This document shows positions 1-9,850 of a stretch of 64,000 bases of DNA, one piece after another. The stretch covers positions 40,474-104,473 of the forward strand of contig JAPHEE010000001.1 in NCBI GenBank assembly GCA_029259545.1. Reading direction: 5' to 3'. Source of the DNA: Candidatus Alkanophaga volatiphilum. Lineage in GTDB: Archaea; Halobacteriota; Syntropharchaeia; Alkanophagales; B39-G2. The stretch's first letter is position 1. Each line of letters opens with the position of its first letter. The notes beneath the pieces were generated by a model that saw nothing but the letters and a program-made list of their open reading frames with translations, was not told the origin of the DNA and did no database searches. Position numbers and translations under genes: made by a program.

Positions 1-157
1 CGTTCGCCACTCCTACGAACAACAGCTTGTCCCTCTCGATGCCTCTTCTCTCCTTCTCTAACAGGAGGAGCTCCTTTAGGGCTCTTTTGTTGTTCAGCAG
101 CTCGTTCAAGCCGTTGAAGCTTGCGGCTCCCACGCAACCACTCTCGTCTGCTGGCAA
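1..157 (-). CDS. partial ORF running off the left edge, unassigned
   Basis: Open frame from TTG at 157, with an in-frame stop at 167-169. It reads LPADESGCVGAASFNGLNELL...KLLFVGVAN. It is on the same strand as hypA and directly downstream of it. No family recognised. Confidence 0.3.
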   Translation of the reverse strand, partial: MPADESGCVGAASFNGLNELLNNKRALKELLLLEKERRGIERDKLLFVGVAN

Positions 158-266
158 GTTCGTGTCTTAATGCTTTCCGCTTTTGACGTGCGTTTCCACC
201 GGCTCGATTCGCCTACGATGTGCGGGGTGGACGCGAAGCAAAAGCCATACCTTACTCGTCCTCGCA

Positions 267-644
267 TCAATCCAGCGTCACCACGATTTCCTTGACGACG
301 CAGCCACGCCCTTTTACGATGCGCACATCAAAGCTGTTGCACCTTGGGCATTGGAGAATGGGCGGGCTGAAGTGATAAGCGAGGTCATCGGCGTAGCGTA
401 CGCCGCCTTCGTAGCCGCAGTGCTCGCATTTGATTTCAGCCTTGACGCCTTCGATTACGAGCTTCGAGCCTCTCAGCACGTCCGACTGCTCTGTCAGCAC
501 TTCAAACGCAAACCTTAACTGCTCCTCGCAGAGGAAGGACAGCTCGCCGACCTCCAGCCGCACCTCTTTGACCCTTGCGTTTCGTCGCCTCGCCTCATCC
601 TCTACGACCCGTACGACCTCCGCCATCGTCGAGAACTCGTGCAT
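267..644 (-). CDS. hypA: hydrogenase nickel-insertion protein HypA
   Basis: 125 aa. N-terminus MHEFS..., with CxxC...CxxC zinc motifs (CEHCGY ... CPRCNS) typical of HypA. Confidence 0.85.
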   Translation of the reverse strand: MHEFSTMAEVVRVVEDEARRRNARVKEVRLEVGELSFLCEEQLRFAFEVLTEQSDVLRGSKLVIEGVKAEIKCEHCGYEGGVRYADDLAYHFSPPILQCPRCNSFDVRIVKGRGCVVKEIVVTLD

Positions 645-711
645 TAGATTTATTTTCTCATAACGCTTAAATGGTACCAGTCACTACAGACTCACAGCCG
701 AGACGCGGCGG

Positions 712-783
712 GCCTCCGTGGGGTAGTGGATATCCTAGCGGCCTCCGGAGCCGCGGACCCGGGTTCGAATCCCGGCGGGGGCT
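712..783 (+). tRNA. tRNA-Arg (anticodon CCG)
   Basis: Hand-folded 72-nt cloverleaf. Acceptor GCCTCCG/CGGGGGC has one G-U pair. U8, an AGUGGAUA D-loop and anticodon stem GCGGC/GCCGC are present. The anticodon loop is CU-CCG-GA and the T arm is CCGGG-TTCGAAT-CCCGG. No CCA is encoded. Confidence 0.8.
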
Positions 784-817
784 TCTTTCTAAACACCGGG
801 ACCACGCAGGTGTCGGG

Positions 818-2614
818 ATGAGGATCGCAGTTCTGCGTCGTGAGAAGTGCCAGCCGAAAAAATGCTCGCAGGAATGCCTGAAGTACTGCCCGATGGTCAG
901 GACGGGTAAGGAGACTATAACATTCGATGACGACGGCAAGCCCATAATATCGGAGGAACTTTGTGAGGGGTGCGGGATTTGCATCAAAAAGTGTCCGTTC
1001 GGCGCGATTTCAATAGTGGGCTTGCCGGAGGAGTTAAAAGGCAGCGAAATTCACCGCTACGGCAAGAACGGCTTCGTCCTTTACGGGCTGCCGATCCCGA
1101 AGGAGGGGCGTGTTGTGGGCATCCTAGGTCAAAATGGCATTGGAAAGAGCACTGCCGTCAAAATACTCTCAGGCGTGCTGAAGCCTAATTTGGGGCGTGG
1201 GGATGAGGAGGCTAGTTGGGATGAGATTGTAAAGAGCTTTGCGGGCTCGGAGCTACAAGCTTACTTCGAGAAGCTTAGGGATGGGGGTATCAAAACCGCT
1301 TACAAGCCGCAATATGTGGATGCCATTCCCAAAGTCTTCGAAGGGAAGGTGCGCACGCTTTTAGAGCGGACCGACGAGACCGGTATGCTTGATGATGTCG
1401 TCAAAATGTTAGAGCTTGAGAACACGTTAAACAACGACATAAGGAACGTGAGCGGCGGCGAGCTTCAGAGGGTTGCGGTCGCGGCTTGTATTCTCAGGGA
1501 CGCCGATTTCTACTTCCTCGATGAAATTACACCGTACCTTGACATCTACCAACGAGTGAACGTTTCAAAAGTCATTAAGGAGTTCTTGGCGGAGCGTCGT
1601 AAGGCGGTCGTAGTCGTGGAGCACGACCTTGCGATTCTCGACATGCTGGCAGACGTCATCCACATCGTCTACGGGAAGCCTGGCACCTACGGCGTGTTCA
1701 CGCAGCCGAAGAGCGTGCGCGTAGGCATCAATGAGTACTTAAGGGGTTACCTGCCGCAGGAGAACGTCAGAATTCGGGACAAGCCGATAGAATTCGAAGT
1801 GCGTCCGCCGAAGGAGCGGCGGGAGCGGCGTGCCGTGCTCACGTTCAAAGCATTTACGAAAAGTTATGACGGGAGGTTTTCGCTACATGCGTACGGCGGC
1901 GAGTTCGAGCACGGCGAGGTCGTCGGCATCGTCGGCAGGAACGCCATCGGGAAGAGTACGTTCATAAAGGTGCTTGCTGGTGTCCTCAAGCCTGACGGCG
2001 ATGAGCTTCCCCTCGAGGAAGGCGTTAAAGTTTCGTACAAGCCGCAGTACTTGCGTGGCGACCTTGAAACCACCGTTCACGACCTTCTCAGTTCGATAAA
2101 GCCACTGGATGCCGCCGAAATCCATGAAATCATCGAACCTCTTGGCATCAGCGAGCTTTTCGAGCTTAAGGTCTGCGAGCTGAGCGGCGGAGAACTTCAG
2201 AGCGTAGCGATTGCTGCATGCCTTCTCCAAGACGCTGACATCTACATGCTCGACGAGCCTTCCGCACATCTGGACGTGGAGCAGCGGGTCAGAGCGACGA
2301 AGGTGCTGCGGCGGTTCGCAGAGAAAAAGGAGGCGGTGATGCTCGTCGTCGATCACGATATTTACATGATCGACCTGCTTAGCGACCGGCTACTCGTGTT
2401 CACAGGCGTCCCCGGCGTCAGAGGCGAGGCTCGTGGTCCCTTTGAGATGCGCGAGGGCATGAACCTCTTCTTGAAAGATTTGGGAATAACCTTCCGGAGG
2501 GATGAAGCCTCGAAACGCCCAAGGGTGAACAAACTAGGCTCGAGACTCGACAAAGAGCAGAAAGAGCGTGGTGAGTACTACTATGCGAGCTCTGAATTTC
2601 AGGCTAGCTTATGA
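818..2614 (+). CDS. ABCE1 / RNase L inhibitor-type ribosome recycling ATPase
   Basis: Starts MRIAVLRREKCQPKKC. It has an N-terminal double 4Fe-4S ferredoxin domain followed by two ABC cassettes. The longer ORF-track start (671) would overlap the tRNA, so ATG 818 is chosen. Confidence 0.9.
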   Translation: MRIAVLRREKCQPKKCSQECLKYCPMVRTGKETITFDDDGKPIISEELCEGCGICIKKCPFGAISIVGLPEELKGSEIHRYGKNGFVLYGLPIPKEGRVVGILGQNGIGKSTAVKILSGVLKPNLGRGDEEASWDEIVKSFAGSELQAYFEKLRDGGIKTAYKPQYVDAIPKVFEGKVRTLLERTDETGMLDDVVKMLELENTLNNDIRNVSGGELQRVAVAACILRDADFYFLDEITPYLDIYQRVNVSKVIKEFLAERRKAVVVVEHDLAILDMLADVIHIVYGKPGTYGVFTQPKSVRVGINEYLRGYLPQENVRIRDKPIEFEVRPPKERRERRAVLTFKAFTKSYDGRFSLHAYGGEFEHGEVVGIVGRNAIGKSTFIKVLAGVLKPDGDELPLEEGVKVSYKPQYLRGDLETTVHDLLSSIKPLDAAEIHEIIEPLGISELFELKVCELSGGELQSVAIAACLLQDADIYMLDEPSAHLDVEQRVRATKVLRRFAEKKEAVMLVVDHDIYMIDLLSDRLLVFTGVPGVRGEARGPFEMREGMNLFLKDLGITFRRDEASKRPRVNKLGSRLDKEQKERGEYYYASSEFQASL

Positions 2615-2731
2615 TTGTGGCGAAGCAATCCGCAACGGGCGTGGCGATGTAGAGCGTCATTGCTGATTTCTCAGACATAAATTTAAATAGAGCGGAGATA
2701 AAAAGATGGAAGCCGTTTGGGGGCAGCGGGC

Positions 2732-3919
2732 ATGTATTACGTGGGGGAAGCTTTAGTAGGGGAGGAACCGGAGGTTGCGCACATAGATTTGATTATAGGG
2801 GAGAAATATGGACCGGTGGGCACGGCATTTGCGAATGCATTGAGTCAGCTTTCAGCAGGACACACCCCACTGCTTGCGGTGATACGACCCAACTTGCCCG
2901 TGAAACCCTCGACGCTCGTCGTGCCGAAGGTTACAGTGCGCAACATGGAAGACGCTGAGAAAATATTTGGGCCGGCGCAGAGCGCTGTTGCGAAGGCAGT
3001 GGCGGACGCTGTTGAGGAGGGTATTATTCCTGAGGACAAGGCAGAGGAACTCGTGATCATAGTGAGCGTCTTCATACATCCTAAAGCAAGGGATTACAAC
3101 AAGATATACAGGTATAATTACGGAGCGACGAAGCTTGCAATAAAGAGAGCTATGGAGGGCTTCCCGGATGTGAAGAAGGTTCTTTACGAAAAGGATAGAG
3201 CTCGCCACCCTCTCGTCGGGCTGAAGCAGACGAAGCTCTGGGACCCGCCGTATTTGCAGGTCGCGCTCGACATTCCCGACTGGGAGCGGATGCGGGCAGT
3301 CGTAGAGCAGCTGCCGAGGAGCGACCACCTCATCATTGAGGCAGGGACGCCTCTCATTAAGAAGTATGGGGTTACGATCGTCGAGAAAATAAAGGAGATA
3401 ATGCCAGAGACCTTCGTAGTTGCCGACCTAAAGGTTCTTGACACTGGAAACATCGAGACGAGACTCGTAGCTGACGCTGGCGCGGATGCCGTTGTGATTT
3501 CGGCATTAGCGCCGCTTAAGACCATAGAAAAGGCATTGGAGGAGGCTAAGAAGACTGGGATCTGTGCGGTGATAGACACTTTGAACGTTTCCGATCCTGT
3601 GGAGTTTGCGGAAATTTTAAGCATGAACGGCTTGATCCCTGATGTGATAGAGCTGCATCGTGCCATAGATCTGGAGGCTAACGAGGCTCACGCGTGGGGG
3701 GTCATCCCAAAGATCAAGGAGAAGCTGCGAGGGACGCTCGTAGCGGTCGCAGGCGGCATACGGGAGGAGAACGCCGCCGAGGCGCTGAGAGCCGGCGCGG
3801 ACATCCTCGTCGTCGGTAGAGGGATAACCAACGCAAAGGACGTAGAGGGGGCGTGTCGTCGCTTCTTGCGACTCATGAAGGAGGAAATAGACCAGTATCG
3901 GGTGATGACCGACTTTTAA
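2732..3919 (+). CDS. fae-hps: bifunctional formaldehyde-activating enzyme / 3-hexulose-6-phosphate synthase (Fae-Hps)
   Basis: The N-terminal Fae-like half reads [21 protein letters not shown]. The C-terminal half is an OMPDC-family Hps (LQVALD...ADLKVLD...VVGRGIT). Confidence 0.85.
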   Translation: MYYVGEALVGEEPEVAHIDLIIGEKYGPVGTAFANALSQLSAGHTPLLAVIRPNLPVKPSTLVVPKVTVRNMEDAEKIFGPAQSAVAKAVADAVEEGIIPEDKAEELVIIVSVFIHPKARDYNKIYRYNYGATKLAIKRAMEGFPDVKKVLYEKDRARHPLVGLKQTKLWDPPYLQVALDIPDWERMRAVVEQLPRSDHLIIEAGTPLIKKYGVTIVEKIKEIMPETFVVADLKVLDTGNIETRLVADAGADAVVISALAPLKTIEKALEEAKKTGICAVIDTLNVSDPVEFAEILSMNGLIPDVIELHRAIDLEANEAHAWGVIPKIKEKLRGTLVAVAGGIREENAAEALRAGADILVVGRGITNAKDVEGACRRFLRLMKEEIDQYRVMTDF

Positions 3920-4103
3920 TCGGCAGGGGCAACTCGGCGGCGTTGCGGGACGCCGCCATCCTGCCGGATCTTCGGGGCGGCTTGAGGATGGGGCTCGCCG
4001 AGCGTCGCAGCGCCGACGCCCCGTAAGGCGCCGCCGAAGACGTGACTGCTGGCGTGAGGTGGAGACGCCCGAAGCTCGACGACAGCCGCCGCTGGCTGAG
4101 AAA

Positions 4104-4331
4104 TTTATCTTCCCGTTGCTTGCAAGACCCTGGGGATACAGGGGAGGTGGGTGGGAAACACTTAAATACTTTGCCAGATAGGCTATATTTTGCAGCCCAC
4201 TCCTTAGAGAGGGGTGGGATGCGGGGCTGTGCCGCCCCGAAGGGTCATACGCAGAGCTTAAGCTCCGGGCGAACACCCAACCTCGCAAGCTTCCACGCTG
4301 GAAGCCCCTTGCTAAGCGAGGGAGAGGTCGC
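4104..4331 (-). mobile_element. MITE-like structured interspersed repeat, copy D (diverged subtype shared with copy E)
   Basis: Its reverse complement aligns with copies A/B/C at the 5' end (GCGACCTCTCCCTCGCTTAGCAAGGGGCTTCC). It aligns with copy E at the 3' end (CCCCTGTATCCCCA..GGTCTTGCAAGCAACGGGAAGATAAA). Confidence 0.6.
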
Positions 4332-4888
4332 TTGAAATCCTCTCGGCTCCGGATCAACTCGGTTGGAGCGGATTTTGTTGCGGCATGGCAGTTTTCACGG
4401 GGCTCAGCCGGCAAGGGCTTCGCAGCCTGCCGGGCGACGGCTCACGCAACCCACCCTCATCCTGAAGTCGGAAGCTACCGATGGAAGCCGGGAGCACGTG
4501 CTAGGAGCGCCAAGCTGAGGCGGGGGCACCCTGCGTAACTTGTAGAGACTCAGCCGGCTGTGTCCGAGTCGCAGGTGCGGCGGCATGGCATCGGCGGTGG
4601 GGCGGGAACGCTCGCATCTTCGAGACTTCCTCCCGGGACTTTATAAAAGCAAAAGTCGCTGCACGTCACGTCACGAATGCGACCTATTATTATTCCTGCA
4701 AGACGCAAGCTGATGAATATCGGCACCGGCACAGCAAACGTCACGAGCCTCAGGCGAGCGCGCACGCACCTCCGCCCCATCAGCCTCTCGTGACGGAAAG
4801 CCCTTCGACCCCTATTTCTCCTGCCGTCCGGCACACTCCGGCGTCCGACGCATAAACAACCTTCTCACGACAGCGACCTTTTTATACT

Positions 4889-5101
4889 ATGAAAGAGAAA
4901 ACCCCAATGGGGAGATGCATGAAGGACCTCCTTACTGACATAGTAGGGAGCACCATTAAGAGCTTAGTGGGGAGGAATGGGAATGTGATATCACTGACGT
5001 TGGATGACATGACTATCAACCTCGGTCCGGTAAGCTTCAAGCTTTCAGGTAAGATGAAGTTCGCAGTCGAAACTGAAAAGACCGAGAGAGGGGAGCAGTG
5101 A
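4889..5101 (+). CDS. hypothetical small protein
   Basis: 70-aa ORF, with an alternative ATG at 4907. A TTTTTATAC TATA-like box lies just upstream. No family recognised. Confidence 0.35.
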   Translation: MKEKTPMGRCMKDLLTDIVGSTIKSLVGRNGNVISLTLDDMTINLGPVSFKLSGKMKFAVETEKTERGEQ

Positions 5102-5503
5102 CCGATACTTAGGTTTTTACCTCCACACCGGAGAGTTTCAACATGGGAGCTCAGTTGCGACGCCGCATGCGGCAGCAAGCGTCCTGAGGCATCAGGGCTT
5201 CATCGAGAAGCTCGCAAAACGTTTAGAAAGCGACCAACGCTAATTCCCGCCAGAAGCCTGAGAATGTGAATCGTGTTCTAAGCCACCGGGACGCCGCCCC
5301 CGGCGGCGTGCCCGCAGGACGGTCTCGCCATAGTGTGGTGCTGGCATGCATCGGTCTGCTCGAAGTGACCCTTCCAGATGCCTCCGCCCTTCTTCACACC
5401 CCCACGCGTCAAACCCATCCCGACCTGCGGCGAGAAGAGTGGCAACGTCTTTCCTTCGAGCTTGCGTCTCGGCAGCGTAAGCCTATGGTCTCTGGAAATC
5501 CAA

Positions 5504-6763
5504 CTACAGAAGCCTCGGGGGCACAACCTGATTTTTCAGCAAATCATCGTACGTCTCTCTGCGTCTTATGACCTCAGCTTCTCCGTTGTTCACGAGGATT
5601 TCTGCGCATCTGGGTCTGCCGTTGTATTGCGATGACATGGCAAAACCGTAGGCGCCGGCGTCGAAGATCGCGATAATGTCGCCGCGCTCGACTTTGGGGA
5701 GGCGTCGGTCTTTTGCGAGGATGTCGCCGCTCTCGCATATCGGACCGACGATCGTGTACGTTCCGGCGGGGGGTTCGTCGATTTTGTTCGCGACCGCTAC
5801 CTCATGGTAAGCATCGTAGAGCACCGGACGAATCAGGAGGTTGAAGCCAGCGTCAACGGCGACGAAGTGCTTCGCTGCTCTTTTGACGGCGTTCACCCTC
5901 GTGATGAGGATCGTGGTGTTCCCGACGATGTAGCGTCCCGGCTCTAGGATGAGCTTTGGGCGTCGCTTCAGCTTCGCGCCTTTGAACGCCGGTAATATTT
6001 GGGCGGCGAGGTCTTCGGGCGTTGGTGCGGGCTCGTCTTTTTTGTAGGGTATGCCGAGCCCGCCGCCGAGGTCCACGAACTCGAGCTCGATGCCGTGTTC
6101 GTTCAGGCTCTCCACGAGTGCCATCATTTTTTCGGTAGCCTCCTTGAAGACGCTGACGTCGAGGATCTGCGAGCCGATGTGGCAGTGGATGCCGCAGACC
6201 CGGATGCCACCCTCAATCTCCAACTGTTTCGCCTCCTTGTAAGCGTCGAGCACCTCCTCGTAGGGAATTCCAAACTTCGACTCTCTAAGCCCCGTTGCGA
6301 TTTTCGGATGCGTTTCCGGGGAGATATCTGGATTCACTCTGAACGCGATCTCCACATCTCTTCCGAGACGCTTGGCAATTTCCGAGAGCGCATAAAGCTC
6401 ATCGAAGGAATCGACGGAAACGCATACGCCTGAGAGCACCGCAAGCTCCAGTTCCTCATCGCTTTTTGAGTTCCCGTTAAACAGAATTTTCGACGCCGGT
6501 ATTCCGGCGAGCCTTGCGAGGTAAAGCTCGCCGCCTGAGAAAACGTCGGCGCCGGCGCCCTCCTGAGCGAGAATTCTGAGGACCGCCAAATTTCCGTTAG
6601 CCTTGACCGCATAATAGATTTCGGAGTCTACGGACGAAAATGCGTTTTTGAAGCGACGGAAGTTCTCACGCAGCCGCTGCTCGTCCGTGACGTAAAGAGG
6701 CGTGCCGAAACGCTCCGCGAGCTCGACGACATCCACGCCACCGAACATCAGATGCTTGCCCAT
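5504..6763 (-). CDS. lysA: diaminopimelate decarboxylase
   Basis: 419 aa. PLP fold-III decarboxylase signature (YAVKAN, GGGLGIPY, ICESGD). Confidence 0.9.
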   Translation of the reverse strand: MGKHLMFGGVDVVELAERFGTPLYVTDEQRLRENFRRFKNAFSSVDSEIYYAVKANGNLAVLRILAQEGAGADVFSGGELYLARLAGIPASKILFNGNSKSDEELELAVLSGVCVSVDSFDELYALSEIAKRLGRDVEIAFRVNPDISPETHPKIATGLRESKFGIPYEEVLDAYKEAKQLEIEGGIRVCGIHCHIGSQILDVSVFKEATEKMMALVESLNEHGIELEFVDLGGGLGIPYKKDEPAPTPEDLAAQILPAFKGAKLKRRPKLILEPGRYIVGNTTILITRVNAVKRAAKHFVAVDAGFNLLIRPVLYDAYHEVAVANKIDEPPAGTYTIVGPICESGDILAKDRRLPKVERGDIIAIFDAGAYGFAMSSQYNGRPRCAEILVNNGEAEVIRRRETYDDLLKNQVVPPRLL

Positions 6764-6812
6764 GGACTTTTATTCTTAGAAAACCTACTTCTTGCTAACG
6801 GTGGAGGGCGAA

Positions 6813-7103
6813 ATGCAGCAGAAGTATATATTGCCCGTGATCCCCGGAATAAGCATACAAATAGTGCATGAAGTCCTAGAGCGGTTTGACGTAGAACTCG
6901 TTTATCTCGGCGAGGAGTACCGAGGGATGGCGTTCAGAGGCGATAGGGAGGAGCTCAAGCGTGTCAAGAAGTTCATTTACGAGAAGCAGAAGGAATACGT
7001 CAAGGAGCTTGAGAAGAAGTACGGAGTCGGCGAGGAAGCCGATAAGAAGTGGCGAGCATGGACCGAGTATTACGACAAGTACGTTCTGAGAAGGAGGCGT
7101 TAG
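6813..7103 (+). CDS. hypothetical protein
   Basis: ATG 6813 is preceded by GGTGGAGGG. The product is 96 aa and charged. No family recognised. Confidence 0.45.
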   Translation: MQQKYILPVIPGISIQIVHEVLERFDVELVYLGEEYRGMAFRGDREELKRVKKFIYEKQKEYVKELEKKYGVGEEADKKWRAWTEYYDKYVLRRRR

Positions 7104-7120
7104 GCTCAAGCCAGACGATT

Positions 7121-8338
7121 ATGAGAATCTTCCGTAAGAAGATTCGGCTGAGGGAAGCGCTTGTAAAGATTTCAGAGCATGTCTCGCCGGTCGGCGTAGA
7201 GGAAGTACCGCTCGACAGAGCATTCGGCAGGGTTTTAGCAGAGGATGTGCGTGCAAGCGTGGACGTGCCACCGTTTGACCGCGCTGCAAGGGACGGATAT
7301 GCCGTCCGAGCTTCCGACACTTTTAGAGCGACGCCGGAACGCCCGGTGCGGCTGCGTCTGAGCAGAAGCGGCGGCGTCTGCGAGGGCGAGTGCGTGCAGA
7401 TACAAACTGGAGAGCCGCTACCTAAGGGCAGCGACGCCGTGCTTATGCTCGAATTCACGAGAAATCTTGGCGATGAGATAGAAGTGTTGAAGCCGGTGAC
7501 GCCTGGGAAGAACGTTTCTTTTAGGGGGGAGGACGTACGGCGGGGCGACATCGTCTTGCGGAAGGGCCGGATATTGCGTCCGTATGACATCGGCATGCTC
7601 GCTGCAATCCGCCAGCGAACCGTCAAGGTTTACAAGAAGCCAGAAGTCGGAATAATTTCCACGGGCGACGAGATTCTCGATCCGTTAGCGGACGAGCCGC
7701 AGCCGCTTAAGGTTTTTGACTCGAATAGCTACGCTCTTGCGGCGCTCGTCGAGGAAGCGGGAGCGGCGCCGCTGCGCCTCGGCATCGTGCGGGATGCAGC
7801 GGGTGTGAGTGGGTTGAAGGATGCGATTTTGGACGGATTGATCGGAAGCGACGTGCTTTTAGTAAGCGGTGGGAGCTCTGTCGGCGAGCGTGATTTTCTT
7901 GCTGACGCCCTCACAGAGCTTGGAGAGATCCTGTTTCATGGCGTCGCTTTGCGACCTGGCGAGCCTGCAGGCTTCGCCCTCGTGAACGTCAACGGCGAGC
8001 GCAAGCCCGTCTTCATGCTTCCAGGCTTCCCGGTGGCGACGATTGCAGCTTTCGAGCTGCTCGTGCGCCCAGCACTCCATAGGATGCAAGGCATGACGCC
8101 TGTGGAGCGCCCCAGCGTGCTTGCGAGGGCGAAGCGTAAAATACCGTCGGAGCTCGGAAGGGTTGATTTTGTGCGGGTCAGGCTTGAGTTCGAGGCGGCG
8201 GAGGCGTACGCTACCCCGATACGGACGAGCGGGGCGGGCGTGCTCTCCTCCGTGACGAGGGCTGACGGCTTCCTATTGATTCCTGAGGAGAAAGAAGGGG
8301 TCGAACAAGGAGAATTGGTGAAGGTTTTCCTATTTTAG
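7121..8338 (+). CDS. moeA: molybdopterin molybdenumtransferase MoeA
   Basis: Typical MoeA N-terminus (ISEHVSPVGVEEVPLDRAFGRVLAEDV...PPFDRAARDGYAV) and MoCF domain. ATG 7121 is chosen over the upstream in-frame extension. Confidence 0.85.
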   Translation: MRIFRKKIRLREALVKISEHVSPVGVEEVPLDRAFGRVLAEDVRASVDVPPFDRAARDGYAVRASDTFRATPERPVRLRLSRSGGVCEGECVQIQTGEPLPKGSDAVLMLEFTRNLGDEIEVLKPVTPGKNVSFRGEDVRRGDIVLRKGRILRPYDIGMLAAIRQRTVKVYKKPEVGIISTGDEILDPLADEPQPLKVFDSNSYALAALVEEAGAAPLRLGIVRDAAGVSGLKDAILDGLIGSDVLLVSGGSSVGERDFLADALTELGEILFHGVALRPGEPAGFALVNVNGERKPVFMLPGFPVATIAAFELLVRPALHRMQGMTPVERPSVLARAKRKIPSELGRVDFVRVRLEFEAAEAYATPIRTSGAGVLSSVTRADGFLLIPEEKEGVEQGELVKVFLF

Positions 8339-9850
8339 CGAGTCCAACGGATTCAGCCCCTGCTCCATGTCTTTGATGTAGGGCTTGAGCTTCCGCTCCA
8401 TGTACTTAGTGAAGAATTTAATGGCAGCGACTTTTGGTGTCGCTAGCCGTGTCATCCTGAAGTATTCATCAATGAGCGTGTAAACCCATTTAAAATCGTG
8501 CTTCAGGCACGTGGCGAAGAGCATCCAGTGCTCTGGTAACATTTTTTTCATCGTGAAAAAGCTCTGGTCGGTCAAATTTCCGATAGGCACGAAGAACAGC
8601 GGCACTATCAAAGACTTATATGCACGAAGGTCTTCAACGAGCTCGATGGTCTTGAGGACGTCTTTCGCACCTTCCTTCGGCAAGCCCATGACGAGCGTCG
8701 AGCACGGCACCCAGTGGTTCTCTTTGAGAATTTCGTGCGCTTCAAGGACCACCTCTCGCCACTCTTCGGGTTTGAAGGGGCGCACTTTGCCCTGCATGTG
8801 CATTTCAACGAGCCTTTCTGAAGCAGTCTCGATACCGGTCTGCCCAGACGCCCAAGGGTTTTCTCTCGTGCCCACCTCTAGGATCTCGCTCAGCGCCCTC
8901 ACGAGGGCGGGCTTCGCAACGACGGATGCGAGGGCAAAATGTGAAATTCCGATGTCTAGCGGGCGGTTCTCTTCAATGTAGAGCCGCTTCACCGCCTCAA
9001 AAAGCTCAATGACCGCTTGTTCGTTCGGGATGACGCCGTTTGCCTTATAACGGAGCACGTCCTCAGCGTGTAGCAAGACCCGTCCGACTTTCCGCAAGTT
9101 CAGCCGCACTTCCTCTAAGATGTGCTCAAGCGGTAGGCATCGGAACTTTAACATTGTCGGGTTGCAGAACTTACAGCCACGCCCACAGCCGCGGGCGATT
9201 TCAACAAGCCCGTTCACAGTCGCTCCTTTGATTTTTGGGAATTTTTCAAGCGGCACGACCTCGCCGTGCACGAATCTCGGCAGCTCCTCGCCGCTCACTG
9301 CCTTTTTAAAAAGCTCAGGCGCCACGAGCTCGCCCTCACCCACGAGCACGCAGTCTATATCGAATTTCATCCTGATACGTTCGTCCTCAAGCTGCCACGC
9401 CCCCGGACCGCCGACGATGACCTTAAGCTGGTGCTTTCGGATGACGGGATTCCGCATCAAGCGTCTAAAGGATATTGCGTTGAAAGGCTCCTTGCCGGCG
9501 AGGTTCGAGAACGTCGAGGATGCCGGACCCAATCCGAGAGGGTCGTTCGTCGAGACGCCGAGAACTTTTGTCCGCTCGTCCACAGCTCGATCCAGCATGT
9601 CGGGATGGACAACTACGACCTCATCTCGGGAAAAGCCGTTTTCGAGGAGTGCTGCCTCTATCCGGCGCAAGCCGCAGGGCGCAAACTTCACGGAAACGCC
9701 GTCGTCGTCCACGGGCGCCGGCGGGCAGAACACCTTCTCATAGATGTATTCGGGGATTGCAGCCGGGGCGCACGCCGCAAAGCCTAAGAACTCCCCCCCA
9801 TGGTAGTTGGACATTAACGTTTTGTCAGCCGTCAATACTATTTCTGCCAT
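8330..9850 (-). CDS. radical SAM protein (506 aa), possibly tetraether-lipid-synthase-like
   Basis: CX3CX2C motif (ARGCGRGCKFCN). It has a flavodoxin-like N-terminal domain. The Tes/GDGT-MAS assignment is only an architecture and length impression. Confidence 0.6.
   Translation of the reverse strand: MAEIVLTADKTLMSNYHGGEFLGFAACAPAAIPEYIYEKVFCPPAPVDDDGVSVKFAPCGLRRIEAALLENGFSRDEVVVVHPDMLDRAVDERTKVLGVSTNDPLGLGPASSTFSNLAGKEPFNAISFRRLMRNPVIRKHQLKVIVGGPGAWQLEDERIRMKFDIDCVLVGEGELVAPELFKKAVSGEELPRFVHGEVVPLEKFPKIKGATVNGLVEIARGCGRGCKFCNPTMLKFRCLPLEHILEEVRLNLRKVGRVLLHAEDVLRYKANGVIPNEQAVIELFEAVKRLYIEENRPLDIGISHFALASVVAKPALVRALSEILEVGTRENPWASGQTGIETASERLVEMHMQGKVRPFKPEEWREVVLEAHEILKENHWVPCSTLVMGLPKEGAKDVLKTIELVEDLRAYKSLIVPLFFVPIGNLTDQSFFTMKKMLPEHWMLFATCLKHDFKWVYTLIDEYFRMTRLATPKVAAIKFFTKYMERKLKPYIKDMEQGLNPLDSLK

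Noticed and set aside
671-817. N-terminal 49-codon extension of the ABCE1 ORF
   Set aside because: It overlaps the tRNA-Arg gene. The canonical ABCE1 N-terminus begins at ATG 818.
1883-2356. Antisense ORFs inside long genes (for example 1883-2356, 49483-50157, 21353-21883, 57393-57872, 59680-60243)
   Set aside because: They lie opposite well-supported conserved genes in GC-rich DNA. They have Arg/Pro/Ala-rich composition and no translation signals.
3617-4414. 265-aa minus-strand ORF rich in Arg/Pro/Ser
   Set aside because: It overlaps the 3' end of fae-hps and MITE-like copy D in GC-rich sequence. It has no start context or family resemblance and is a typical GC-rich spurious frame.
5278-5526. 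82-aa minus-strand ORF downstream of lysA, plus other short frames in 5100-5500
   Set aside because: It overlaps the lysA 3' end. I could not recognise any family in any frame. It is possibly degraded sequence, so it is left unannotated.
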